In this document: one piece after another, positions 20,151-27,932 of the stretch
Position numbering within the stretch: the stretch's first letter is position 1
Layout: every line of letters starts with the position of its first letter
Source of the DNA: a virus
Taxonomy: Duplodnaviria > Caudoviricetes
Length of the DNA stretch: 57,518 nucleotides
IMG/VR virus record: IMGVR_UViG_3300009502_002970
Coordinates: 1-57,518 of that record
Direction: 5' to 3' (one strand)
The notes under the pieces: generated by a model
What the model was told of the DNA's origin: nothing
What the model saw: only the letters and a program-made list of their open reading frames with translations
Database searches by the model: none
Program-made: the position numbers and the translations under genes

Positions 20151-20501
20151 TTACCCTGCAGATTCGGCATACTCAACTTTTTTAGGATAAATTACTTCGG
20201 CAAACAAATTCTCAACGGTTGCCATCAGTTTCGATGGCAACACGGTCTGTGTATCCAGCGCGATGGTGGTATCAGCAGCCCACAGGGTGATGCACCATCC
20301 GAACCTAAGGAAATGTTTCTTCCTGGTCTCCGAGTAAACGTACATGTAACGAGGCATGATCGACACGTATCTGAACGTGTCAATCGTTTTCATTGCGCCA
20401 AAGGCGGTTGATTTCCCGTCAAACGTCGTCCCACACCTGTGAAATCCCAGGGATTTAAGCAGCGGCCAGCAGGTAGTTTTTGAAATGTCGATTGTTTCCA
20501 T
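20151..20501 (-). CDS. Hypothetical protein
   Basis: 116 aa, closely spaced with upstream ORF. Confidence 0.55.
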   Translation of the reverse strand: METIDISKTTCWPLLKSLGFHRCGTTFDGKSTAFGAMKTIDTFRYVSIMPRYMYVYSETRKKHFLRFGWCITLWAADTTIALDTQTVLPSKLMATVENLFAEVIYPKKVEYAESAG

Positions 20502-20506
20502 TGGGA

Positions 20507-20824
20507 TCAGTGTTTGAGATTCACAAAGTCGGTGTTGATCAGGTGGAACTTTGATCTTTCCACCGCTGGAATATGTTCACAGGTTGTGAATACAAAATTG
20601 ACTTTCGGATTTCTTTCCCTTAATACATCAAGAGAAAGAATATCCTTTAGTGATGTACATTCTTCAATGATCACCAGGTCATAGGAGAAAACTGTATACG
20701 TGTTCTTCTTGATAAATTCCCTGGTCGTTAGAAGGAAGTTTACACCAAACAAATGTGCGATACCAAGACTGATCCACGACTTTCCTGAAGCATGCGGACC
20801 ACTGATTATAATTGCCTTATTCAT
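20507..20824 (-). CDS. Small P-loop NTPase-like protein
   Basis: Walker A GPHASGKS, Walker B-like LVIIEE; only 105 aa. Confidence 0.55.
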   Translation of the reverse strand: MNKAIIISGPHASGKSWISLGIAHLFGVNFLLTTREFIKKNTYTVFSYDLVIIEECTSLKDILSLDVLRERNPKVNFVFTTCEHIPAVERSKFHLINTDFVNLKH

Positions 20825-20974
20825 CTTTTGTTGCCGGTGCCATCCGGTCTTTTTGAGGGTTTCATGGCGTTCCCTGGGTTAGTTGTTTGAATTATTTTAA
20901 AAACATATCGACAACAAAGTAAATACATTTGAATATATAATCCAAATGTATTTACTTTATTATCTAAATTATTT

Positions 20975-21709
20975 TCACATGGCACCATCATCTGCAAAGG
21001 AATAATACTGATCCCCGCCAATGATGATATGATCGAGCACGGCAATGTCAAGCAAAGCGCCGCTGTCGTGTATCTTCTTGGTGATCCGGATATCAGCCTC
21101 ACTGGGCGTTGTAACGCCCGACGGGTGATTATGTCCCAGGATGATCGATGATGCATGATGATCAAGGCATACCTTGAATATCTTCTTTGGATCCACTACA
21201 GTTCCGGATATCCCGCCTTCGGAAATCCGATGCCGGCCGATCACTTTGTTTGCCCGGTTGAGCATCAGGATCCAGAACTCTTCATAAGGCAGATCGCGCA
21301 TCAGGGATGCCAGTATCCTCCTGGCGTCATCACTGCGGGAAATCTTATCCCGGATAACTGCCTCACATGCCTGTTCCCGCCGGCACATGGAGAACATGGC
21401 TGCCAGTCTCACTGCAATTCCCTGGCCAATGCCTGGTACCTGGCACATGTCAGCCACGCTCATCTTCCACAGCTCCTGCAGGTGATTGTTGCATGCAGCC
21501 AGCAGTGTCCTGGAGATGTTCAGTGAAGTATTTCCAGCTATGCCATTGCCAATGATCAGCGAGAGGATCTCGGCATCAGATAGTGCATGGGTCCCCTTGA
21601 GTAACAGTTTGGTTTCAGGGAGATCATCCTCGGCCCAAAGGCGCATGGGGATTTCATTTGCGTAATTGCGACCATCTTCGGCCACCCGGGATACAGTTGA
21701 TTTTTTCAT
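20975..21709 (-). CDS. radC: RadC-family JAB domain protein
   Basis: N-terminal ALSDAEIL and HhH (VPGIGQG), JAB motif HNHPSG...PSEAD, LDHIIIG. Confidence 0.95.
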   Translation of the reverse strand: MKKSTVSRVAEDGRNYANEIPMRLWAEDDLPETKLLLKGTHALSDAEILSLIIGNGIAGNTSLNISRTLLAACNNHLQELWKMSVADMCQVPGIGQGIAVRLAAMFSMCRREQACEAVIRDKISRSDDARRILASLMRDLPYEEFWILMLNRANKVIGRHRISEGGISGTVVDPKKIFKVCLDHHASSIILGHNHPSGVTTPSEADIRITKKIHDSGALLDIAVLDHIIIGGDQYYSFADDGAM

Positions 21710-21731
21710 AGGAGTAAGGGTTAAGGTTAGA

Positions 21732-21876
21732 ATGAAATTTTCTCGCCCTGGCTCTTAAACCGGATTGATCGGATCAGGTCAATAGTGTTGGTCAGATTAC
21801 ACGGTAATCTGAATACACCCAACGGGCACCGCTGTTGAGCGTTCCGATCGATGCAGGTACCTTGGAAAGATTTCAT
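21732..21876 (+). promoter_or_regulatory. Long imperfect hairpin 2 (candidate ssDNA promoter) upstream of radC
   Basis: atgaaattttc/gaaagatttcat and attgatcgga/tccgatcgat stems; TACCTTGG at 21858-21865; same GGTC/TGAA core. Confidence 0.65.
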
Positions 21877-21924
21877 GCGAACCTACCCTCTCCATATCCC
21901 AATCACGTGGCGGTATTGGGGCAT

Positions 21925-21950
21925 AAAAAAAGCCCTGTTGCCAGGGCTTT
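21925..21950 (-). terminator. Rho-independent terminator
   Basis: aaagccctg/cagggcttt stem with T7 on - strand after HTH gene. Confidence 0.8.
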
Positions 21951-21962
21951 ATAATAATCAGG

Positions 21963-22253
21963 TCATCCCTGATCCGCTGGCCGTCGCCATCGGTTCTTCA
22001 TGGTTTCCACCAACTCATCTTCTGCATTCTTGTCAATAATAAACACATAGGTATCAATGACATCACAGAGGGTTATGAGATTATCCAATGTGATGTTGTG
22101 ATTTCCCGACAACATCCTGAATACATTGGGCTGCTCGAACCCTGTTAATTCAGCGATCTTATAGGTTGACAAACCTTTTTCCTTCGCGGTTTCACGCAAA
22201 TATTTGCACAGTAACTTCCTGGCATAAATTATCTTATCATTTTGCATAAACAT
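21963..22253 (-). CDS. XRE/Cro-family HTH regulator
   Basis: GLSTYKIAELTGFEQPNVFRMLSG..NITLDNL. Confidence 0.85.
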   Translation of the reverse strand: MFMQNDKIIYARKLLCKYLRETAKEKGLSTYKIAELTGFEQPNVFRMLSGNHNITLDNLITLCDVIDTYVFIIDKNAEDELVETMKNRWRRPADQG

Positions 22254-22294
22254 AATTTTAAAGGGCCGGTTTCCCGGCCCCGGTGTTTAAATAA

Positions 22295-22561
22295 TTAATC
22301 GGCGTTATTCCAAGCTTTTGCCAACCAAACTTCGGCAGCATGCGCTTCAGCATATATTGCATATTCGCAGTTACCAGACTTTGCCCGTGCATAGGCGAGA
22401 CTTACCTCTTCAGCACATTTTTTTGATAACCAATTTTCATTTTTAGCAAAAATTGAAGCTTCTACTTCGAACTGATCACAGGCGGCAAGATATGCCGCAC
22501 TCTTATTGGTGATGGTTGCATCTGTCCTGATTTTCTCGATGGTGTCAAATTGTGTGTTCAT
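22295..22561 (-). CDS. Hypothetical protein
   Basis: 88 aa from MNTQF, A-rich leader. Confidence 0.6.
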   Translation of the reverse strand: MNTQFDTIEKIRTDATITNKSAAYLAACDQFEVEASIFAKNENWLSKKCAEEVSLAYARAKSGNCEYAIYAEAHAAEVWLAKAWNNAD

Positions 22562-22756
22562 GGCGTTTTTTTTTTGATTGTTTGATGAAACAAAGATAAT
22601 ATCATTTATGATATTACACAAGTATTTAACTGTTATTTTTGAACAGCTGAGTAATTTATTTCTATTCTAAATAACACTGATCAGTGTCCAAACGCGAGTA
22701 CTCGCGTAATGCCGCGCGATTCTGCCGCGCCTTACAGCCATAAGGCATCCGAGCAT

Positions 22757-22786
22757 AAAAAAAGGGTACGGTATTCACCCGTACCC
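22757..22786 (-). terminator. Rho-independent terminator
   Basis: gggtacgg/ccgtaccc stem with T7 on - strand. Confidence 0.8.
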
Positions 22787-22795
22787 GATGTTCAT

Positions 22796-22966
22796 TTATT
22801 TTTTCACTGAGCACTGGCTTTGCAATTCAGCCATTTCCCACATAAGTTTATCCAGGTTTGTTTCTGCAATGTTTTCTACATAGCCGGGGTAATAGATACT
22901 ATCCAAGGTTTCGATGAACATCTGTTCGTAAGACTGATCTAGCGTAGTTTTTTCGAGCGTTGTCAT
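22796..22966 (-). CDS. Small acidic protein (56 aa, not in ORF track)
   Basis: MTTLEKTTLDQSYEQMFIETLDSIYYPGYVENIAETNLDKLMWEMAELQSQCSVKK; lies between hairpin 3 and a terminator. Confidence 0.7.
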   Translation of the reverse strand: MTTLEKTTLDQSYEQMFIETLDSIYYPGYVENIAETNLDKLMWEMAELQSQCSVKK

Positions 22967-22992
22967 GGCTTTAGAGATTAAGGATTAATACT

Positions 22993-23201
22993 GAAAGTTT
23001 CTCTCTAAGCGAAGCTTCACACCGAATCGGTTGAATTATGTCACAGAGTGCAGGTCACGATTCCCACTATCGAATCTGAATGCACCCCAGGGGCACGGCT
23101 CTTGACAGTACGGGTTCTTCAAGGGATACTCTCCCACCCCGGAGAAACCCGTGAAGAACCCGTAGGCAATTCAACCGATATAGGTACCTTGGAAACGTTT
23201 C
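22993..23201 (+). promoter_or_regulatory. Long branched hairpin 3 (candidate ssDNA promoter)
   Basis: atcggttgaatt/aattcaaccgat 12 bp, tacgggttcttca/tgaagaacccgta 13 bp; TACCTTGG at 23185-23192; same core. Confidence 0.7.
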
Positions 23202-23601
23202 GAGGATTAACCATTCCGCCTAACCGGATAGATCGGTGATCTGTGCCGGTGCATCAAAGGGTTTCTTTTTGCCAGCTTTTTCTTTTCCCGTTTTTCAAAA
23301 GAAAAAGCTGCCCGGATTGCATCTCATGCAAATAAAATGGCGTTTGCAGTCAAAAAACAGGCATTTTTCAAGCCTCCAAAATATTAACCGGCGATCATAA
23401 CCAAAATATTGCATTTTGTGTATGATTGTCCCACGCCCCGCCCTGACGCTTTTTTGACAATTTCAAAGGCTCTCCATGCAGGATATATGAAAAGGCTGTT
23501 TAGAATGGTTCTACATGGGTTCACAATGCACACGCGCCCAATACATAAAGAACTGCTCCCCTATGATGCAGACGCACTATGTTGTAAAGTTGTGTGTAGG
23601 A

Positions 23602-25101
23602 CTATCCTATGATGGACATGTCATGTGATGGCTCATGATCACCAACACTTTGAAAGAACATCCAGTAGTAAAGGTTGTCAACTGCATCACTCAGATCAGT
23701 TGCCTTCCACCTTGGTTGCCCTTCCCTGCGCTCTGATGACTTATCCTTCTTGAACTCACTGGGCAGCACAGGCGCACTGTCCATGGACACAAAGGTCTCC
23801 ATTGCATTGTTCATGTTGATCCTGAAGTCAGGCGTGTTGCCACTGTCATTCATGAGGAACTTATGCCAGAAGATGAACTTATCCATGTGAGATATCTCAT
23901 GCAGTTCAGCACACACGTTGACTATCCATCCTGCCTTGGTTAGTTGCATGGTCACATCATCGAAGTACGTCTGCCTTGATGATGCATCATTGCGACGCGT
24001 ACCATCACTGCCACCATAGATGTTGATTGCCTTACGCTGATGATGCTGGTAATACTCGATGAACTTATCTACCAGTACTGCCAGTGTTTCATTCTCCACA
24101 TAGAAGTTCTTGATGATAGGGAACTCATTGCTTACCCTGTGCCATTGACACACGACCATGCAGTTCTGGGTAGATCCGAAGTCGAATGATGCATACAGTT
24201 CAAGGGCACTGATACAGTCAGCATCACCCCTTGAATCCAGGCCGCCATCTTTAAGATCATGACCTATGCCATCATAGAACGCATAGTTGTACGAATCATA
24301 ATAGCAATGCTTTGCAGCGCTCAGCGCTGGATAGAAACCATTGATGTTTGTTTTGCGGCGGATATTCTCGATCTCTATATCATACACCAATGCAGGTAAT
24401 GTTCGTTTGGCATCACGAAAATAGCGCGCTCCCAGGATTCTTTCATTATATCTGGCTGATGCTTCCAGGAACATGAACTCCTTGGGAAATTCAGTCTCCA
24501 TTTTTTCGTATTCAAAAACCCAGTCACCTCCAGGAGTAAGAGGCTGTGATCCCAGGAACAAGGTACCATGATGAAAGCGTATATGCCCGAACTTATCTCC
24601 ATTGCCACGATTCGCAGGCAACACATCAGAATCGATCGCGCTTTTCTTGAGTTTTGTAGCCTCGTCAAAGATCATGTAATCATAGGATCCTGACCTGGCC
24701 ATCTCCGGCCGGTCGAAGGAATTGAACTCAACCACAAACCCGTTATACCAATGAATGCAGTTGGTATAATCCAACGGCGGCTGAAAAGGTTCGGGCCAAC
24801 CCAGTTTTTTCGGCGCCCGGACACCAACAAAGTAATGCAATCCCCGGTATAATCCCCTGCGCTCCAGGTGAGATATGATAGGCGGCATCGATTTGGTTCT
24901 GATATGGAAATAAGTCAGACCGTTAAGAGATATTTTTCCCCTGGGCATGAACATCATGCAATCAAGTATCTGATCAGCGATGATGGTTGTCTTACCTACA
25001 CCCCTGCCTCCGATAAACATCTTGTGAGGCCGGGTGCACAGCTTGATCACACGCTGCGGGTAGTTATAATATGGGGCCGGGACGATCTCTATATCCTGCA
25101 T
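23602..25101 (-). CDS. terL: Terminase large subunit
   Basis: Walker A GGRGVGKT, Walker B MIFDEA, RNase H-like FDFG and DLSDAVD. Confidence 0.9.
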   Translation of the reverse strand: MQDIEIVPAPYYNYPQRVIKLCTRPHKMFIGGRGVGKTTIIADQILDCMMFMPRGKISLNGLTYFHIRTKSMPPIISHLERRGLYRGLHYFVGVRAPKKLGWPEPFQPPLDYTNCIHWYNGFVVEFNSFDRPEMARSGSYDYMIFDEATKLKKSAIDSDVLPANRGNGDKFGHIRFHHGTLFLGSQPLTPGGDWVFEYEKMETEFPKEFMFLEASARYNERILGARYFRDAKRTLPALVYDIEIENIRRKTNINGFYPALSAAKHCYYDSYNYAFYDGIGHDLKDGGLDSRGDADCISALELYASFDFGSTQNCMVVCQWHRVSNEFPIIKNFYVENETLAVLVDKFIEYYQHHQRKAINIYGGSDGTRRNDASSRQTYFDDVTMQLTKAGWIVNVCAELHEISHMDKFIFWHKFLMNDSGNTPDFRINMNNAMETFVSMDSAPVLPSEFKKDKSSERREGQPRWKATDLSDAVDNLYYWMFFQSVGDHEPSHDMSIIG

Positions 25102-25103
25102 GG

Positions 25104-25712
25104 TCAGTCAACTTCAGTATGATCGATATCTTCAATCATGAAGATATCGGAATAATCAGCAAGGGGAGAAAGTTTGAGCTGAGCCATGAACTCCTGGTAC
25201 ATGTTGATTAGCTTTTCTTTGGTCGTCTCATCCAGTTTCTTGAACATGGCGCTGCGCATAAAATCAAAATCAATCGTGATCAGCTGTATGGGCGGCTGGA
25301 TCTTGGATGGGTCCGGCATATCCGGATCATCCTTATCCAGGTTGTTTGCCTTGGTGATCCGCTCAATGGCTTTTTCCCATGCCTTAAGGTTGTTGGTTTT
25401 CTTTGCCGCCCTGATCAGGTCCATAGACATCTGGGTAACGATATAGCGCAGCGCCTCCTTATTCGCGTTTCGCAGCTCCCCATAGGTATTCTTGCAATTA
25501 TGCAGGTCGATGTATGCCTGGCGCTGGCTGATCTCGAACCGGCCCATGAGCATCCTTACGATATTGGCATCATTCTCATAATCGGCAAGCAACATTGCAT
25601 GTGCTGCATCCATTCTTTCTTTGATCCTGGTATCTTCAGCGGATAATTCGGTACCGCTGAAATAATGATCCCGGATCCGGTCCACGACCGTGCTGGCTGG
25701 TAATTCCTTCAT
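25104..25712 (-). CDS. Helical protein directly upstream of terL (terminase small subunit candidate)
   Basis: HTH-like FEISQRQAYID; position. Confidence 0.5.
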   Translation of the reverse strand: MKELPASTVVDRIRDHYFSGTELSAEDTRIKERMDAAHAMLLADYENDANIVRMLMGRFEISQRQAYIDLHNCKNTYGELRNANKEALRYIVTQMSMDLIRAAKKTNNLKAWEKAIERITKANNLDKDDPDMPDPSKIQPPIQLITIDFDFMRSAMFKKLDETTKEKLINMYQEFMAQLKLSPLADYSDIFMIEDIDHTEVD

Positions 25713-26002
25713 AAATCATCAAGTTTGGCATTCTCAATCAACTTCAGCGCCGCGGTCTGCGCCGGCGAGCTGCCGGCTTTTGCCAGGTCCAGTACTGCCC
25801 GGCGGATGAGCGCCTCTTCCTTGAGCCGGGACGCCTGAAACGAGCGGTAAACATCACCGCCACGGTTTTCCAGCATGTCCAGAAACTGATCATAGGATAC
25901 ATCGATGATCAGGGCTATCTCGCGCCTGGTGAACATCAGGGCGGCATAGTCCCGGATCTCCTGCATGATCGCTTCAGAAACTTCTGCTGACGAGTTGTTC
26001 AT
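25709..26002 (-). CDS. Small HTH-like packaging-region protein
   Basis: FTRREIALIIDV and AKAGSSPAQ, a pattern resembling TerS-like proteins. Confidence 0.5.
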   Translation of the reverse strand: MNNSSAEVSEAIMQEIRDYAALMFTRREIALIIDVSYDQFLDMLENRGGDVYRSFQASRLKEEALIRRAVLDLAKAGSSPAQTAALKLIENAKLDDL

Positions 26003-26549
26003 GTATCCATTTTTTATGAAACGCGCACGATGTTTTTGAGTTCCGGATGATCCCAATCTCGATGCGGGGATTCCGGGTATAGTTCCCACTGCCGGCAATG
26101 GTGATGCTCCACTGTTCATTCTCAACCACGGTCACTTTTGCATGCACGCGTGAGGGTTTAACATTGGGTGATATCCTCTTGAGAAAATGAAACTCTGCTG
26201 ACTTTACCGTAACGTTGCGGTAATCGAATATCCCGGTCAGGTCGGTGATCAGGCCTGATGTTACATAGTTGTACAGTTGCCGGATAGCATACTCGGATAT
26301 TGCCCAGGTAGTAAAATGAACGGCGGCCGGTCCCGTTTTCTCAAGCACGTAGAAGAGCAGGTCATGTACAGACCAGTCACCGGTTGACACGAACTCGATC
26401 GCCTCTTCCACCTGGGGAAGATCCTGGATAACCTCGGTAAGGGTTTGTTGTGAGTTCCCCACCACGAACCTGGTAGGTCCCTTATGCCTGATGGCCGCGG
26501 AACCGCTCTTTCTTGGTTGGTTGATATCGTCAATGGAAAACAGGCTCAT
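25974..26549 (-). CDS. Phospholipase D-like (HxK) nuclease domain protein
   Basis: HAKVTVVE...GSGNYTRNPRIE single HKD-type motif. Confidence 0.75.
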   Translation of the reverse strand: MSLFSIDDINQPRKSGSAAIRHKGPTRFVVGNSQQTLTEVIQDLPQVEEAIEFVSTGDWSVHDLLFYVLEKTGPAAVHFTTWAISEYAIRQLYNYVTSGLITDLTGIFDYRNVTVKSAEFHFLKRISPNVKPSRVHAKVTVVENEQWSITIAGSGNYTRNPRIEIGIIRNSKTSCAFHKKWIHEQLVSRSF

Positions 26550-27232
26550 TTTGCCAGCAGCTTATCAACCTCGAACAGCTGCTCTTCGTATGCTGCCAAT
26601 GACAGCCGGTAATGATCTTGTTTCGCTTCTTTGCCCGGGTTCTTCAGATACCCTTTGATCCGGGAGATGTGTGAACGGATATTCGTTCGGGCCTTGATCA
26701 GTTCAACCGGGTCCAGGGTAGACACTGAAGGTTTCTCTTTCTTACCTGATTTCCCGGCCACCGGTGGCAACACCCCATACTTTTCAAAATGGTTTTTCCT
26801 CTGGTACATGGCATCAAGTTCATCAGCTACATCCAGGATCATCAGTGCATCATGCCTGCGCTGATCATCACCTACCAGCTCGAGGGTTGCATGAAGTGTG
26901 TCCAGGGCTTTCCAGTGCATCTTGATATCCTTGAGCAGCGCGGCAATATCACCCTTGTCATCATTGGAGATGCCTACCCTGGTGATCACTACGGGCGCCG
27001 CCGGCGCATTGACCTGAACCGGTGCAACCCTTTTGGGTGGCACTGTGAACGGTTGCACTGATCCCAGCAGCTGTGTCAGTTCATGCACCAATGTTTCATG
27101 CATGGCCGGCGAAGGATCCTGCCGGGTTAGCAACCGCTTGAGGTTACCGCTGCTTCCATACAGTTCATAGAGTTCTACTCCCCGGGCAAAGTCACGTGAC
27201 GATGCCAGCCAGGCTTTTATTGCTTCATTCAT
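26546..27232 (-). CDS. Hypothetical phage protein
   Basis: 228 aa from MNEAIKAWL; coupled to neighbours. Confidence 0.65.
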   Translation of the reverse strand: MNEAIKAWLASSRDFARGVELYELYGSSGNLKRLLTRQDPSPAMHETLVHELTQLLGSVQPFTVPPKRVAPVQVNAPAAPVVITRVGISNDDKGDIAALLKDIKMHWKALDTLHATLELVGDDQRRHDALMILDVADELDAMYQRKNHFEKYGVLPPVAGKSGKKEKPSVSTLDPVELIKARTNIRSHISRIKGYLKNPGKEAKQDHYRLSLAAYEEQLFEVDKLLAK

Positions 27233-27932
27233 CGAGCAAAGATTTTTGTTCTGCCAAAAATTGGTGCCACTCAGGCGACTTCCGGTCCGGGGCAAAGGAG
27301 AATGACTTAGGATGCACCCGGTAGTCCATCAGTACTGCCTCCATATTATATAAGGTATGACCGTTCAACAGGTACTTAATCCAGAGGGAATAATCTTCGG
27401 CCAGATGTGATGGTGTGGGGTTATACCCACCGAGCTTCAGCAGGGTATCGCGCTGAAAACACACACCCGGGTGATTAATGAACCAGTGACCGGGCATACC
27501 TGCAGCCACCTTCCTGGTTACTTCTGCAGGATGATGCGAATACCATTCCCGTTCATTGTTAAAAAGGCGTATCTGGATCCCACATACCTGCCGGTAGGGA
27601 TACAGTTTGAAGAACCAGTTATGATACATCAGCAGATCCGTATGCGCGATGTCATCTGCATCCATGCGCACAACCAGGTCACCACTGCAGAACTTCAGGC
27701 CGAAGTTCAGTGCTGCAGCAATCCCTTCATTTTTAAACTTACGGACTAAGGTTACCCGCAGGAATGCCACGTCAAGCCACTGCAGGTAATTATACAATGG
27801 TCCTGCAGGATTATTATCATCTACAATAACCAGTTGAAAATCCTGGAAACTTTGTGCCAGGATCGAGTCCACGGCCTCCTGTACCCATTCAACAGGTGTG
27901 GCATAAATCGGCATTAGTACACTAATTCGCAT
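27225..27932 (-). CDS. Glycosyltransferase family 2
   Basis: ISVLMPIY, VIVDD, RMDADD, HP, EDY.LW motifs. Confidence 0.92.
   Translation of the reverse strand: MRISVLMPIYATPVEWVQEAVDSILAQSFQDFQLVIVDDNNPAGPLYNYLQWLDVAFLRVTLVRKFKNEGIAAALNFGLKFCSGDLVVRMDADDIAHTDLLMYHNWFFKLYPYRQVCGIQIRLFNNEREWYSHHPAEVTRKVAAGMPGHWFINHPGVCFQRDTLLKLGGYNPTPSHLAEDYSLWIKYLLNGHTLYNMEAVLMDYRVHPKSFSFAPDRKSPEWHQFLAEQKSLLDE

Noticed and set aside
21963-22561. Toxin-antitoxin pair
   Set aside because: The upstream 88 aa ORF has no recognisable toxin motif, and a hairpin separates the two genes
23477-23488. MOBP-type nic site (TATCCTGC on - strand)
   Set aside because: An 8-mer can occur by chance (also seen at 13370 and 25091), there is no convincing adjacent inverted repeat, and no relaxase is in the window
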